Part shown: positions 18,843 through 28,707 of the stretch, one piece after another
Numbering within the stretch: the stretch's first letter is position 1
Layout of the letters: each line of letters opens with the position of its first letter
Source: a virus
Direction: 5' to 3' (one strand)
Length of the DNA: 64,000 bases
Virus record (IMG/VR): IMGVR_UViG_3300006841_000093
Span: 70,506-134,505 of that record
Notes under the pieces: model-generated
Told to the model about the DNA's origin: nothing
Database searches by the model: none
The model's input: the letters and a program-made list of their open reading frames with translations, nothing else
Translations under genes and position numbers: made by a program

Positions 18843-19715
18843 ATGGCAGAAGAAATGATGGATTTCGGATTTAGTGCCGTAACCGCAGATGAATATGAAA
18901 AAGACCAGACAGATGGTGAAAATACTGGACTTGGAGGGGCTGCCAGTCCTGAAGCACTTGCTGCATTAGATTATAAGATTGAACAAATTATAGGTCATTT
19001 ATCAACTAAAGCAGATGAATCAAGTAGTAGTGATTTTGGATTTACTCAAGAGGATAAAGATAAACAAGAGGGAAAATTACAAGATATTGAAGAAAAAATT
19101 GATAAGATTCTTTCATTAGAATTAGATGAAGAACGAGCACAAACTACAGCAGATATTCTTTCACAATTAAATGATGCAACTGGAGATTCTAGAACAGCTT
19201 CAGCAGAAGCAAAGAAGTCAGTAGGAAAACAAGATGAGATCATGAAGTTCCTACAAGATATGTCACCAAAGGTTGATAAGATTCTTAAACTAGAGAGTCT
19301 TGAAAGTCTTCTAGAAGGTACTTCAGGTAAGTTAGATAGTTTATCAGAAGTCGCAGGAGCAGTACAAACTGTTTCGGCTGATCCTCCCGATTTATCACCA
19401 ATCGTAGAAAAATTAGAATTCATGGATAAAGATATCCAAAAGATTCTAAAGATGGAACAGTTAGAAGCTGTTACTGCACTACAAAAATCCTCTCATGATA
19501 TGACATCATTAGCAAAAGAACTCGAAGAAAGAAAAAAGGATATAGATATTAAATATAAAGCTCGTATGTTAGCAGTAGAAAAGTTAATTCTTCCTTTGAT
19601 AGAGAACCTTCAAAAAGATGGAAATACAAAAGAATATATTAGATGGCCAAATAGAATACCTATCTTAGAAGCTCAAAAACAAAAAATTATACAAGTTACA
19701 AGGTCTGAACTATGA
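18843..19715 (+). CDS. coiled-coil protein with internal repeats
   Basis: repeated (I/V)(D/Q)KIL(S/K)(L/M)E; conserved ends DFGFSAV and KEYIRWPNR. Confidence 0.65.
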   Translation: MAEEMMDFGFSAVTADEYEKDQTDGENTGLGGAASPEALAALDYKIEQIIGHLSTKADESSSSDFGFTQEDKDKQEGKLQDIEEKIDKILSLELDEERAQTTADILSQLNDATGDSRTASAEAKKSVGKQDEIMKFLQDMSPKVDKILKLESLESLLEGTSGKLDSLSEVAGAVQTVSADPPDLSPIVEKLEFMDKDIQKILKMEQLEAVTALQKSSHDMTSLAKELEERKKDIDIKYKARMLAVEKLILPLIENLQKDGNTKEYIRWPNRIPILEAQKQKIIQVTRSEL

Positions 19716-20455
19716 GATTTGGAGATTTAAAACAAGAACTTTTAGAAGGTGTATATGATCCTGGCATTTTTAAAGCATTCTTCTTAGCAGGAGGTGCGGG
19801 AAGTGGTAAGTCATATTCAGCAGAAAAAGCAACTGGATCAGCTGCAGGAAAATTTTCTTGGGATTCTTCTATGGAGAAGATTACTCCTGGTAAGGTCGGT
19901 CCTTTTGGATTGAAAGTAGTCAACTCTGATGAACAATTAGAATATGGTTTGATGAAAGCAAAGATGTCTTCTAATATGAAGGCATATACTGATGATGATA
20001 CTACAAGAAAAGAACTGATTAGAGCAAAAGCCAAAAAGAAGACAGCAAAAAAAGAACAGTTATGGGTCAATGGAAGATTAGGATTAATCATTGATGGTAC
20101 TGCTAAAGATATAACTAAACTTAGTATAAAGAAAAAAGCACTAGAAGATGTTGGTTATGATACTCACATGATATTTGTTAATACTTCCCTTGATGTTGCA
20201 ATTCAACAAAATAATTCAAGAAAAAGAAAACTTCCTGATGAAATTATTAGACAAACATGGAATGAAGTTCAAGGAATTAAAAATGAACTTGCTAATCTAT
20301 TTGCTGGAGGATTTGTTGAAATTGTTAATAATAGAGCAGGAGAAGATGTATTTCGAAAATCATTTGTCGAAGTAGGTAAACTTATAAAACGCCCACCAAC
20401 TAAACCTGCCGCAAAAATGTGGATCGCTCAAGAACTAGAACAGAAAAAGAGGTAA
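19712..20455 (+). CDS. P-loop kinase (zeta-toxin/AAA_33-like) with CTS-like N-terminus
   Basis: AFFLAGGAGSGKS, VNSDE and LIIDGT motifs; MRFGDLKQELLE start. Confidence 0.75.
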   Translation: MRFGDLKQELLEGVYDPGIFKAFFLAGGAGSGKSYSAEKATGSAAGKFSWDSSMEKITPGKVGPFGLKVVNSDEQLEYGLMKAKMSSNMKAYTDDDTTRKELIRAKAKKKTAKKEQLWVNGRLGLIIDGTAKDITKLSIKKKALEDVGYDTHMIFVNTSLDVAIQQNNSRKRKLPDEIIRQTWNEVQGIKNELANLFAGGFVEIVNNRAGEDVFRKSFVEVGKLIKRPPTKPAAKMWIAQELEQKKR

Positions 20456-21064
20456 TTGCCTATGGTAGCCTTCTCACATTTGTCTATGGTTGCATTTGTG
20501 ATTTTGGGTTTGTCTATGGTTCGATTGATGATAAATTATAGTTCGTTATTAGCAAAAAATTACAATGATAGTCCAGATGATGATGTGTTCTTTTACTGGC
20601 CACATACAGCAATGAGTCTTATAACTTTTTTTACTATTATATTATTTTGGTGGACTTCATATCCTTTAAGAGATTTGACTTATTATCCAAACGAAGGATG
20701 GAATTTATTCACGTTTATATTGTATCTTTCTGTACCATTTTTGTTTTTTATGGTTACTGAAATAATTGCTCCACAACCTGACACATATAAAGATATAGAA
20801 GTTGATTTAAAAAAATATTATTATGACAATCATAAAGTTATATTAGGCTTGGCAGTAGTATTACAAGTTTGTCTCCTTGCGAATCTTTTTGTATTCTTTA
20901 AAGGAGAATTAATGTCAATGAAAGTAATAGGAAGAGTTATTATGTTATGTATTATGACTCCAATGGTATTCATTAATAATAAAAGATTACATGAAATTGG
21001 TATGACTATATTCTTTTTAGGATTCATTTATACCATAATAAAGTATCATATCTTTATGGTATAA
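20456..21064 (+). CDS. polytopic membrane protein
   Basis: about six hydrophobic segments; TTG start. Confidence 0.6.
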   Translation: MPMVAFSHLSMVAFVILGLSMVRLMINYSSLLAKNYNDSPDDDVFFYWPHTAMSLITFFTIILFWWTSYPLRDLTYYPNEGWNLFTFILYLSVPFLFFMVTEIIAPQPDTYKDIEVDLKKYYYDNHKVILGLAVVLQVCLLANLFVFFKGELMSMKVIGRVIMLCIMTPMVFINNKRLHEIGMTIFFLGFIYTIIKYHIFMV

Positions 21065-21067
21065 CCT

Positions 21068-21313
21068 ATGGTTTACATTGTACGCAAATGGACTGTTGCT
21101 ACTGTTCAAGTTATATATTACATTCCCGATTATCTACATATCCTCAATGAATTCGCTTGGCAAACTGAAGATCGCCTTCCCGAATATCCACGTATAACCC
21201 AATTTTTAGATTATTGGGATAAACACATTGACGGCCCAATCAAAGAAGCATACATTTATGATCATGATGAATCAAAAATAAGGCATGTAGATAGAAGATA
21301 CAAAATCAACTGA
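21068..21313 (+). CDS. Usg-like family protein
   Basis: YYIPDYLHILNEFAWQTED..PEYPRI.QFLDYW...IDGPI matches the Usg pattern. Confidence 0.7.
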   Translation: MVYIVRKWTVATVQVIYYIPDYLHILNEFAWQTEDRLPEYPRITQFLDYWDKHIDGPIKEAYIYDHDESKIRHVDRRYKIN

Positions 21314-21314
21314 C

Positions 21315-21342
21315 TTGACTTATCATCATTTCGTGGTATAAT
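21315..21342 (+). promoter_or_regulatory. sigma70-type promoter for primase (apparently leaderless)
   Basis: TTGACT-16 nt-TATAAT with TGG just upstream of -10; ATG lies 7 nt after the -10 box. Confidence 0.8.
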
Positions 21343-21348
21343 TATAGT

Positions 21349-22374
21349 ATGAGTTTATACACAGATCAAAAATACGTGGGATTACTCTCACCTCGCCTAG
21401 ACTTATTCAAACAAGTACGCCAAAATTTGTGGAATTCTCGATGTCCTATTTGTGGTGATTCCTCAAAAAATAAATCCAAAAAAAGACTGTATATTTATGA
21501 AAAGAAACAGAGCTTATTTGTAAAATGTCATAATTGTGGTTATGGATCTAATCTTGGAAATTTTATAAAGGAACTTGATCCTCATTTACATGGTCAATAT
21601 GTAGTAGAAAGATATGGTGAAGGAACTAAACACATGGTATTTGGTAAAAAGGAAAAAATACCAGAATTTAATTTTGAGAAACCAAAGTTCAAACCACAAC
21701 CTACAAAGATAAATTTACCCTCAATAGATGAACTTGATGGAGAACATTTTGCTCGTAAATATTTTGAGAGTAGAAAAATTCCAGAAAGTTTTAAGGATAA
21801 AGTTTACTTTGCTGAAGACTTTAGAGAATGGGCACAAGAGATATCCAAAATAGATTATTCTAATTTGGGTAAAGATGAACCAAGAATGGTTATTCCTTTT
21901 TTTGATATGGAAGGAAAACTCATCGCAGCTCAAGGTAGAGCATTAGGTAAATCTGAACTTAGATATATCACAGTTAAGGTTGAAGAAAGCTATCGTAAAA
22001 TTTATGGACTCGATAGATGGAATCCTGAAGACACTACATATATTACAGAGGGGCCAATAGATTCTATGTTTCTTCCAAATTGTTTAGCGGTTGCCGGAGG
22101 TGATCTACAAACAATAAAAATGGATAAGGAACAGACTGTATTAATATTCGATAATGAGCCAAGAAACGAACATACTGTTAAAAAATTAATGAAAGCAATT
22201 GATGATGGTTGGTCTGTTGTCATTTGGGGTAAGGAAAGAAAATTCAAAGATATTAATGATTTAATTATGAGTGGGCTGTTAACTGATGAAATCTTGTTTA
22301 TAATAAATAAAAGAACGATGAGGGGATTAGAAGCAGATTGGGCAGCTAGAGAGTGGAGAAATGTCCAATACTGA
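21349..22374 (+). CDS. 61: DNA primase (T4 gp61)
   Basis: CPICGDS...CHNCG zinc-binding domain; TOPRIM ITEGPIDS, FDNEPRN and KDIND motifs. Confidence 0.95.
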   Translation: MSLYTDQKYVGLLSPRLDLFKQVRQNLWNSRCPICGDSSKNKSKKRLYIYEKKQSLFVKCHNCGYGSNLGNFIKELDPHLHGQYVVERYGEGTKHMVFGKKEKIPEFNFEKPKFKPQPTKINLPSIDELDGEHFARKYFESRKIPESFKDKVYFAEDFREWAQEISKIDYSNLGKDEPRMVIPFFDMEGKLIAAQGRALGKSELRYITVKVEESYRKIYGLDRWNPEDTTYITEGPIDSMFLPNCLAVAGGDLQTIKMDKEQTVLIFDNEPRNEHTVKKLMKAIDDGWSVVIWGKERKFKDINDLIMSGLLTDEILFIINKRTMRGLEADWAAREWRNVQY

Positions 22375-23191
22375 AACTATTACGATTGATGAAAGTGGTG
22401 AACTCCATGAGGAAATCCAAGTACACGAACATGGATTTGTAAAACTCTTGGATGTAATGGGGAATGATGAAGTAGAGAACGCCGCAAGAATTAGTTATGG
22501 AGAAGGAACAAGAAAAACAAGTCAGACACGTAATCTAATACGTTACTTGATGAGACACAAACACACCTCACCCTTTGAGATGTGCGAGGTCAAGTTCCAT
22601 TTGAAACTCCCAATATTTGTTATGCGCCAGTTAGTCCGTCATAGGACGGCAAATCTGAACGAGTACTCTGGAAGATACTCAGTCATGTCAGATGACTTTT
22701 ATTTCCCCAAAGGGAAAGAATTAAAACCTCAATCAACATCGAATAAACAAGGTAGAGAAGATGGCGAATTACGCAATCCAGGAGAAATTCAATTTGAAAT
22801 ATTTCGAATTTTTGATGGTGCGAAGAACGCCTACCACAATCTATTAGATTGGGATCTATCAAGAGAGTTAGCACGAATAGTACTTCCCGTGGCTAACTAT
22901 ACTGAAGTTATATGGAAAATAGATTTACATAATTTTTTCCATTTTTATCGCTTGAGGGGTGATGACCATGCTCAAGATGAAATACAACATTTTGCAGATG
23001 CTATGTGGCAATTAGTTGAACCACATTTCCCTATATGTTGTGAAGCATTTACAGATTATGTGTTAGAAGCAAAGACCTTTTCTAAGAAAGAAATGGCAAT
23101 AATAAAGGACAATCTAAATGGAAGCTGGGTGATGTCAAAGTATGGATTGTCAGAACGAGAATCAAGAGAATTTTTAGACAAATTAAAATAG
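22361..23191 (+). CDS. thyX: flavin-dependent thymidylate synthase
   Basis: AARISY, HTSPFE and RHRTANLNEYSGRY signature. Confidence 0.96.
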   Translation: MSNTETITIDESGELHEEIQVHEHGFVKLLDVMGNDEVENAARISYGEGTRKTSQTRNLIRYLMRHKHTSPFEMCEVKFHLKLPIFVMRQLVRHRTANLNEYSGRYSVMSDDFYFPKGKELKPQSTSNKQGREDGELRNPGEIQFEIFRIFDGAKNAYHNLLDWDLSRELARIVLPVANYTEVIWKIDLHNFFHFYRLRGDDHAQDEIQHFADAMWQLVEPHFPICCEAFTDYVLEAKTFSKKEMAIIKDNLNGSWVMSKYGLSERESREFLDKLK

Positions 23192-23204
23192 AAAGAAAGT
23201 AATC

Positions 23205-25169
23205 ATGCTACCTACCGAATACCAACAATTTATTCACTTATCAAGATATGCACGATGGGATTATATCAAAGGAAGAAGAGAAACATGGGATGAGACTGTT
23301 GAACGTTACTTTGATTTTTTTAAAGGACATTTGAAAGAAACGTGTGGTTATGATCTAGAAAATGGTGAAAGAGTAGAGTTGGAAAATGCAGTCAAGGAAT
23401 TAAAAGTAATGCCTTCAATGAGATGTTTAATGACAGCTGGACCAGCGTTGGAGAAAGAAAACGTTGCGGGCTACAACTGTAGCTATGTTAAGATAGACAA
23501 CTTACGTTCATTTGATGAAATACTCTATGTACTGATGAATGGTACGGGTGTGGGATTTTCAGTAGAAGAAGAATATTGTAATAAACTACCACAAGTTCCT
23601 GATGAACTATACGAAACAGAAACTACTATAGTTGTAGCAGATTCTAAGTTAGGTTGGGCGAGAGCATTTAAAGAACTGATTTCATTACTGTATGGTGGAC
23701 ATATACCTAAGTGGGATATAAGTAAAGTTAGAGAGGCGGGAGCACCATTAAAGACTTTTGGAGGTAGAGCTTCAGGACCTGAACCCCTTGTAGACCTTTT
23801 TAATTTCACAACTAGTACAATTAAAAACGCATTAGGAAGAAAACTTAAACCAGTAGAATGTCATGATATAGTTTGTAAGATAGCAGAAATTGTTGTAGTA
23901 GGTGGTGTACGAAGATCGGCTCTCATTAGTCTTTCAAATCTTAATGATAGAGAAATGAGATTCGCCAAACATGGTGAATGGTACAAAGATAACGTACAGA
24001 GAGCACTCGCAAACAACTCAGTTAATTATAAAGAGAAACCAGATGTAGGAACTTTCATGAGAGAGTGGTTATCACTCTACGATAGTAAGTCTGGAGAGCG
24101 TGGTATTTACAGTAGTTTAGCAAGCAAATCCCATGTAAGTGAACTAAATAATAGAGAAAAGGATAAAGATGGCACATACATTCAAAGAAGATTGGCAAGA
24201 GATGATTTTGGCACAAATCCTTGCAGCGAGATCATTTTACGATCCCGAGAATTCTGCAACTTGTCCGAAGTCGTCCTCAGATCCAACGATAATTTGCAGT
24301 CTATCAAAGACAAAGTTAGGGTTGCAACTATCCTTGGCACATTCCAATCTACTCTCACAAACTTCAAATACCTCTCTAGAGAGTGGCAACGAAATTGTGA
24401 AGAAGAACGATTACTTGGAGTTAGTCTCACCGGAATCATGGATAATTCCTTAACGAATGGGTCAAAAGATAATATAAAAAAGACATTAAATGAACTTAGA
24501 GATATCGCAGTAGAAACAAATAAAGAATATGCGAAAAAACTTGGAATCGAAAGAGCCGCCGCCATTACGTGTGTCAAACCTAGTGGTACTGTATCTCAGC
24601 TCGTTGATTCTGCTTCTGGTATTCATGCCCGCCATAATCCTTATTATATTAGGACAGTAAGGGCCGATAATAAAGACCCACTCTGTAAAATGATGAAAGC
24701 AGAGGGGTTTCCACATGAGCCTGATGTAAGTAAGCCTGAACATACTACTGTCTTTTCATTTCCACAAAAAAGCCCAGAAGGGGCGGTTTGTAGAACAGAA
24801 ATGACTGCATGGAAGCAGTTATCCTTATGGCACACCTACGCCAAAGAATGGTGTGAACATAAACCAAGTGTTACTGTCTCTATCAAGGAAGATGAGTGGG
24901 TAAATACAGCGGCTTGGGTATATGAAAATTTTGATGACATAAGTGGTATTAGTTTTTTACCATTTAGTGATCATACATATAGACAAGCACCGTACCAAGA
25001 TTGTACAGAAAAAGAGTATAAAGAACTATTAGATCAGATGCCAAAAGATGTAAATTGGGCATCTTTAGCAGATTACGAAACTCAAGACTATACTAGTGCT
25101 AGTCAAGAGTTTGCGTGTACTTCAGAGAAAGGTTGTGAAATAGTAGATATTTCACCTGCAGTCTCATAA
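23205..25169 (+). CDS. nrdJ: class II (adenosylcobalamin-dependent) ribonucleotide reductase
   Basis: MPSMR, YNCS, GGVRRSA, TNPCSEI and TCVKPSGT motifs; about 650 aa; no adjacent small subunit. Confidence 0.9.
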   Translation: MLPTEYQQFIHLSRYARWDYIKGRRETWDETVERYFDFFKGHLKETCGYDLENGERVELENAVKELKVMPSMRCLMTAGPALEKENVAGYNCSYVKIDNLRSFDEILYVLMNGTGVGFSVEEEYCNKLPQVPDELYETETTIVVADSKLGWARAFKELISLLYGGHIPKWDISKVREAGAPLKTFGGRASGPEPLVDLFNFTTSTIKNALGRKLKPVECHDIVCKIAEIVVVGGVRRSALISLSNLNDREMRFAKHGEWYKDNVQRALANNSVNYKEKPDVGTFMREWLSLYDSKSGERGIYSSLASKSHVSELNNREKDKDGTYIQRRLARDDFGTNPCSEIILRSREFCNLSEVVLRSNDNLQSIKDKVRVATILGTFQSTLTNFKYLSREWQRNCEEERLLGVSLTGIMDNSLTNGSKDNIKKTLNELRDIAVETNKEYAKKLGIERAAAITCVKPSGTVSQLVDSASGIHARHNPYYIRTVRADNKDPLCKMMKAEGFPHEPDVSKPEHTTVFSFPQKSPEGAVCRTEMTAWKQLSLWHTYAKEWCEHKPSVTVSIKEDEWVNTAAWVYENFDDISGISFLPFSDHTYRQAPYQDCTEKEYKELLDQMPKDVNWASLADYETQDYTSASQEFACTSEKGCEIVDISPAVS

Positions 25170-25188
25170 CAATTAATAGGGGGTTCAC

Positions 25189-25377
25189 ATGTCACTTAAA
25201 GATAAATTTGATGTGTGGTATGAGGATGTTAAAGATAAAGTATATTTTACTTTTCACAGAGACAAATTAGAGAAAGATCAACTCTATGAGACTAGGTGGG
25301 TATGGTATCATACTGTGCTAGTCGTAGAGTTAGCTATAATAATACTGTTATTGCTTTATATTGGATTTGCGATATGA
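25189..25377 (+). CDS. small membrane protein
   Basis: C-terminal TM segment. Confidence 0.55.
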   Translation: MSLKDKFDVWYEDVKDKVYFTFHRDKLEKDQLYETRWVWYHTVLVVELAIIILLLLYIGFAI

Positions 25378-25946
25378 AAAAGATTTTGATGATGTTTATT
25401 ATTGTATTTTTGTTTATGTTCCTACCTTTTATATGGGCAGAACATGGAACAAAACATATTAGTGATTTTGATAAAGTACCTGATGATGGTTGGCCAAGTC
25501 AAGTCATTTATGACACTACAAACGTATGTTACAATGGAACATTAAGGTGGGTTGCGATGGGAAATCCTAACCTTTTAAATCAACCGCCACCTTATCACAT
25601 TGCACGTATGATGTTGGTTCATTGTTTTTGTGTAATAGATAAAGTTAGAACAGAGTATAAGTACAAAGCGTATGTTGATTTTATCGCAGAAGATAATAAA
25701 CTCGCACCAACACTTATACCAAAATTGTTTATGGGAAAATCATTAGAGTGTATAAGAGATTTTGGCACTCTACAAGGATTAGTTATTTTAGATGAAGACG
25801 CTCTAAAAGCGTTTGATGAGTACGCGGAAGATAATGTAACAAAAGTTGAAAAGAAGGATGATTCATCTGTCAATTCCGGGAAGTCAGACTCACCAGAGCA
25901 ACCAGAGGAAGTACCTACAGGGGATTCGCCTATAATAAGTTTTTAA
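25374..25946 (+). CDS. secreted hypothetical protein
   Basis: MKKILMMF signal peptide from ATG 25374; C...CFC...C cysteines. Confidence 0.6.
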   Translation: MKKILMMFIIVFLFMFLPFIWAEHGTKHISDFDKVPDDGWPSQVIYDTTNVCYNGTLRWVAMGNPNLLNQPPPYHIARMMLVHCFCVIDKVRTEYKYKAYVDFIAEDNKLAPTLIPKLFMGKSLECIRDFGTLQGLVILDEDALKAFDEYAEDNVTKVEKKDDSSVNSGKSDSPEQPEEVPTGDSPIISF

Positions 25947-25954
25947 AGGAAAAA

Positions 25955-27022
25955 ATGGAAAAGTTTAAATTATTTGCGTTATTATGCTTTTCTATATTAG
26001 TATTCTTTTTCAATCCGGCACAAGCTATTGAGAAAGAAATAATCGAAAGGGTGAAAAAATCGGTAGTATTGCTATCGGTAAACAAACTAAAAGATCCATC
26101 ACCAACTTCACCAAATTCATTGTGCTCTGGCACTTCCATCAATGAAAAAGGTAATATACTAACCAACTTTCATTGTGTGTATGGTCAGAAAACAATCAAT
26201 TTATATTATTGGGATGAAGATGATTGGACAGAATATCAAGTAAAAGTAATAGGGGAAGATCCATTAGCCGATCTTGCTGTACTTGAAGTAATTGGACTTA
26301 AAAGAAAAGTTCCATACTTAGAATTTATAGATTCTGAAGAGATATATACAGGACTAGAAGTATATGCTTTTGGACACCCTATGGGAATGGCATGGAGTCT
26401 GTCAAAAGGTATTATTTCTAATAATGATAGATATGCCAGACACCCCTACATCAAATCTATCCAAGTAGATGCCGCAATAAATAAAGGAAACTCAGGCGGT
26501 CCTCTAATTAATGAAAAAGGTGAAATCGTAGGAGTTGCTACTTTGATGGTATCTAGAACAAACTCAAATGCAGGAGTCGGTCTAGGAGTCAGAGCCGATA
26601 TTGCAGAAAAATCACTCGCTGAAATGTTATTGTCGGGAAAAGTAGATCGCCCAGCACTAGGTGTTATGGTTATTGCATTAAATGGTAAAGACAATCAACG
26701 AAAAGAACTTTTGAAAAAACATCCTAATATAAATACCACAATCCCAAACAGTTTCGGATTAATGATAAGTAATGAAAATAAACCAACTAATCCGATACCG
26801 GAGGGGTTAAAGCCGTGGGATACTATTATAGGAATTAATGATGTTCCTATTAATACTGATGTTGAATTGGCAGATCAATTAATAAAAAACAAAATTGGTG
26901 AAAAAATTATTATCAATATTATTAGGGATAAACGTTTTATGAAGATTGGTAACATTACTTTAAAAGTATTTCCTGTTCCAACAGATAAAATGTATAAAGA
27001 TCATGTTATTAACGGAAACTAG
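25955..27022 (+). CDS. HtrA/DegP-like serine protease with PDZ domain
   Basis: signal peptide; LTNFHCV, DLAVL and DAAINKGNSGGPL motifs. Confidence 0.93.
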   Translation: MEKFKLFALLCFSILVFFFNPAQAIEKEIIERVKKSVVLLSVNKLKDPSPTSPNSLCSGTSINEKGNILTNFHCVYGQKTINLYYWDEDDWTEYQVKVIGEDPLADLAVLEVIGLKRKVPYLEFIDSEEIYTGLEVYAFGHPMGMAWSLSKGIISNNDRYARHPYIKSIQVDAAINKGNSGGPLINEKGEIVGVATLMVSRTNSNAGVGLGVRADIAEKSLAEMLLSGKVDRPALGVMVIALNGKDNQRKELLKKHPNINTTIPNSFGLMISNENKPTNPIPEGLKPWDTIIGINDVPINTDVELADQLIKNKIGEKIIINIIRDKRFMKIGNITLKVFPVPTDKMYKDHVINGN

Positions 27023-27040
27023 GAGAAAGGCGTTGGAGAT

Positions 27041-27226
27041 ATGCCAGTAGACATAATCTGGGAAGATGGAAATGCAACAATAGTAATACAATGTGATGGA
27101 TGTGATAAAGAATATGAAATTTTTACAAGTGATACAGAAGGATTAGAAGTATGTTCTTTTTGTGGACACTACCTTGAAATAGATAGTGAATCAGGAGAAA
27201 CAGATGATGAAGATAGCTGGGATTGA
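27041..27226 (+). CDS. small zinc-ribbon protein
   Basis: CDGC...CSFC. Confidence 0.65.
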   Translation: MPVDIIWEDGNATIVIQCDGCDKEYEIFTSDTEGLEVCSFCGHYLEIDSESGETDDEDSWD

Positions 27227-27785
27227 TTATTCATTAACTTCACCAGCGATTTGTGTATATAAGGATGAAAATGGTGGACATTTTGACTTTGATAGGTGTG
27301 TGTTTCATTATCTATCTAATAATGAAAAACAACAACAACTTGCCGCCAGGACTGGGTTAAAAAACTTAAGAGTTGATTCCTATCCTGAATGGCAATCTGA
27401 AGAAGAACGACATGAAAAACTCGCAACTTGGGCATATAACATTGTTCAAGGTTGCGAGGAAGTGTTTCTTGAAGGATATGCGTTTGCTACTTCAGTACAA
27501 GCCGGTGTTCGTTCAATGGCAGAGAATACAGGATTGTTAAAACATAAAATGTGGAAAAATAAACTTAAATTTCAAACATATCCCCCCACAGTTATCAAGA
27601 AGTTTGCTACAGGCAAAGGTAATTCTAATAAAGAAAAAATGTATGAAGCCTTTGTCGATGAACTTCTTACCCCCACAGATCTAAAAGAACAATTAACTCC
27701 TAAAGCAAAGAAAATAATCAATCCTATTAGTGATATAGTGGATTCTTATTTTATAGCAAAAGCGGGAGCTGAAGGTTTAATATGA
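27204..27785 (+). CDS. RuvC-like nuclease/resolvase
   Basis: IAGIDYSLTSPA, VFLEGYAF, KFATGKGN and DIVDSY motifs; RBS supports a start at 27204. Confidence 0.8.
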   Translation: MMKIAGIDYSLTSPAICVYKDENGGHFDFDRCVFHYLSNNEKQQQLAARTGLKNLRVDSYPEWQSEEERHEKLATWAYNIVQGCEEVFLEGYAFATSVQAGVRSMAENTGLLKHKMWKNKLKFQTYPPTVIKKFATGKGNSNKEKMYEAFVDELLTPTDLKEQLTPKAKKIINPISDIVDSYFIAKAGAEGLI

Positions 27786-28042
27786 CCGATAAAGAAAGAA
27801 AAAGAATTGCCAATCGGAAATATTACGAAAAGAACAAAGATCGTCTTGCCGAGAAATGGAAACATGATGACAAACGAAAAGAGTATCTAAAAGAGTATTA
27901 TGTAAGGAATAAAGATACTATTCTAAAAAGAGCAAAAGATTGGAATGAACGTAACAAAGAAGCAAGGAAATTAATTACAGAAAGAGATAAAAGAAATAAA
28001 TTAAAAACTCTTTGGGAAATTGAAAAACGTGAAAGGTTATAA
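27782..28042 (+). CDS. basic helical hypothetical protein
   Basis: repeated KxYY.xNK motifs. Confidence 0.55.
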   Translation: MTDKERKRIANRKYYEKNKDRLAEKWKHDDKRKEYLKEYYVRNKDTILKRAKDWNERNKEARKLITERDKRNKLKTLWEIEKRERL

Positions 28043-28698
28043 TGGAATGGAACTCAAAAGAATTTTTCCCTACTTTATTTTATGAATTTAATTTTAGTGA
28101 AGAGGAAATTCAACCTTTACTAGATGAAATGGAGGAAAAGAAAAAGATAATAAAATACAAGTATATTCATGAATATGCAGTAGATCGTGAAGATAGAGTA
28201 ATAGACTATTGGACAGATCACGCAGGACCCTGTATTATTGATGGATTTGAAAATATAATTAAACCCGCCATTGAAAACGTATTTCATCCACATATAAAAG
28301 CTCACATGATAGCATATTGGACTGCAATATATGCTGAACAAGGTTATCATGCAACACATCAACATGTGGCACACCCCTGGGAATCCATTGGACCGAATAT
28401 GTCTTCAGTCTTTTACTTATCAGATATTGGAGTAACACAATTTTATAATCCTGATCAAAATAGCAATGATCCTGACATTTTTATGCAATCTAAAATAGGA
28501 AAATTAGTAATGTTTCCGGCTCACATTTTACATAGAGCGCCCCCACATATGAATCCTGATGAAGAAAGAATAGTAATGTCAGCTAATTGGAGAGTGTCGG
28601 AAGCATATATGGGAGGATATTGGAAGGCAAGAGATTTGGTAGTTCCTTTAAATGCACAACATAAAGAATTTAGAACTAAGGAAAAGCCTTTTACATAA
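28042..28698 (+). CDS. putative 2OG-Fe(II) oxygenase
   Basis: HATHQH, LVMFPAHILH and ERIVMSAN motifs. Confidence 0.75.
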   Translation: MEWNSKEFFPTLFYEFNFSEEEIQPLLDEMEEKKKIIKYKYIHEYAVDREDRVIDYWTDHAGPCIIDGFENIIKPAIENVFHPHIKAHMIAYWTAIYAEQGYHATHQHVAHPWESIGPNMSSVFYLSDIGVTQFYNPDQNSNDPDIFMQSKIGKLVMFPAHILHRAPPHMNPDEERIVMSANWRVSEAYMGGYWKARDLVVPLNAQHKEFRTKEKPFT

Positions 28699-28707
28699 TA
28701 AATATCA

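Noticed and set aside
19712-20455. Zeta-toxin/antitoxin pair
   Set aside because: Only the P-loop similarity is visible; no antitoxin or zeta-specific evidence can be supported.
22440-22500. ThyX segment MGNDEVENAAR appears one residue shorter than the usual pattern
   Set aside because: It is in frame with the catalytic motifs intact; it could be natural variation or a 3-nt assembly slip, and is not informative alone.
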